A stretch of 63,899 nt of DNA, the filler included, from Octopus bimaculoides (taxonomy: Eukaryota): assembly GCF_001194135.2 (NCBI RefSeq). It is 9 parts of 9 records of this genome, joined end to end, with 100 filler letters (N's around TTAATTAATTAA, not from the genome) between each part and the next. Parts side by side here need not be neighbours in the genome. Positions count along the whole stretch, not along the records: positions 62,304 to 63,899 come from NW_026333163.1; 8 more parts are not named here. One strand, given 5' to 3'. The notes beneath the pieces were generated by a model. The model saw nothing but the letters and a program-made list of their open reading frames with translations, searched no databases and had not been told where the DNA came from. Position numbers and translations under genes: made by a program. This document shows, piece by piece, positions 62,406 through 63,899 of this stretch; the stretch's first letter is position 1, and every line of letters begins with the position of its first letter.

Positions 62406-63899
62406 GAACTATAGAAGTACTAGCAAACGCACCCTTTCTTCGGGCGGTTTAAGTTGCTTTGATGGTATTCTCCACCGAGAAAGATTATGAGTAGCACGGC
62501 AATCTATGTTTCCGATTAACCCAGGAACAGAAAACCAAATTGAAGGCTGGTTATTGTGGAGGTCGTTGCACTTTAATGATCATAGAACGTATAAGTTTGC
62601 AAGCGATACAAAGTAGAGCTACCGAAGTGTTTTGAGAGTAGATTACAGATAATGACTATAAAATATAGTTGTTTTACATGAAAGCGAAATTTCTTGTCAG
62701 AAACAGCCATATAAATGGTGTAAGGAAATTGAAAGGAAGAGGTTGAAACTTCCTCTCTACGAGTTTATTTTATTCAACAGCAAAGAAATCTATTTTTTTC
62801 GGAGAGAAGTATGATTGGTACGTTCAAAAATGGCAATATACCTACTTGAAAAAATAGAGTTAAAGGAATGTATTTACTACGTGCTTACAGTGTACGACCA
62901 CTCTGAAATTGACTTCAGGTAACTAAAAATGGAGGCATGAAAAGTTTGATTTCAGTTCACGAATACTGCTTTGAATCTTTAGCAGTTCGCAGTGAAAAGA
63001 TATCGTGCTCGAAATATCATAATGGATGGGTAAATAAGCATCCTTAATGTAAACCAACGCATTGGTAGGTGAGCAAATGTTTCAGCAAATAGAAGAGAGG
63101 GAAGGGAACATCACCTCTCAGGTAACTCAGATTAGGTAAAAGGCAAGCGTGCCAAAGTTTAATGCAGTTTAAATATGGAGATTAAGATTGTTTGGTAGTG
63201 GATATTCATCGCGTACAGTGTTCATACAGGTGGACAGTCGAAATGAATAAATAGACAAAATCCTTTCAGTTTTATAATATTCTCTAATCAAGTAATAATA
63301 CACAATTACAACATATAAATAAATAATAAATTTTAAAAAATGCGAAAATTACTAAAAAATATTCACTAATGCCAATATACGACCATATAGATTAAGAAAG
63401 TATGGAAGATCCTGCAGGAAAAAAAAACTATGTACATACAACGGATTAAAGAAAAACCCGTGTAAACCACCGTTTTTCCCGTTTTTGCCTTCTAAGCGTT
63501 ACCCACAGTTCTTGTCATTTTGGTCATGAGGCTATATTTTACTTGTTCCTTGTTTGTTTCGATTTGTCCATCGTCTTAAATTACACTTATTCATTTTCAT
63601 ATGTCCACTCTGTATTGTTTTGTCTGTTCTCAGCTTTATATTCTTCGCAACTTTCGCGGGCACCGCCAGCGTGACAAGTTCTCAGTCTTATCATTGAAGG
63701 TGCGAAACTGAGTAATACTATCTGGTTGATAACAGATGAAGAATTAGGGACCTTCTCTGTCCATCTGCCGTCCGGTTGTACACTCAGTATATGCTGTACG
63801 CTTTTTACCTGTTGTTTGTTTATTTACAATACTCTTTTATCATCTACTAAGTAAGGGAAAGCAACGCACCCCAGCTTTTGTTAACAATAAGTTATATAT

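Noticed and set aside
62560-62640. LQAIQSRATE as a CR1 LINE remnant
   Set aside because: Too short and degenerate to support.
63630-63760. CpG-rich exon-like segment near the window end
   Set aside because: Acceptors are present on both strands but donors are weak and the peptides are unrecognisable.

Overview
This is eukaryotic, repeat-dense genomic DNA with many N gaps. It is almost certainly from an octopus, inferred from the octopus-type tRNA-derived SINEs, RTE LINE tails and extreme microsatellite density. I found no prokaryotic features, CRISPR arrays, rRNA or intact tRNA genes. Genes: (1) the first two coding exons of a plus-strand MALSU1 (RsfS/Iojap-family mitoribosome assembly factor) at 1623-2232 and 6782-6960, whose remaining exons are not visible; (2) a convergent minus-strand multi-exon gene I cannot name, with phase-compatible exons at about 16342-23440 and possible 5' exons near 32800-33300; (3) one isolated candidate exon at 57364-57451. 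The rest is mostly mobile DNA: Tc1/mariner copies (one with both TIRs and TA flanks), a 5'-truncated R4/Dong-like element inside an (AAT)n tract, Penelope-like (PLE) fragments including a GIY-YIG end, RTE/RTEX fragments, a hAT-type MITE and dozens of SINEs from at least three families. The most interesting signal is a small non-coding element present twice (975-1300 and 52755-53104). It has a tRNA-like Pol III head, an (AAT)n spacer and a minimal type I hammerhead ribozyme tail, and each copy carries an inverted partial duplication at its 5' end. This suggests a hammerhead-bearing SINE/retrozyme mobilised by Penelope-like elements. Further degenerate hammerhead motifs occur elsewhere. Two copies of one Tc1 family also record strongly asymmetric CpG decay. 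All calls were made by eye, with no database searches, and repeat boundaries are approximate.
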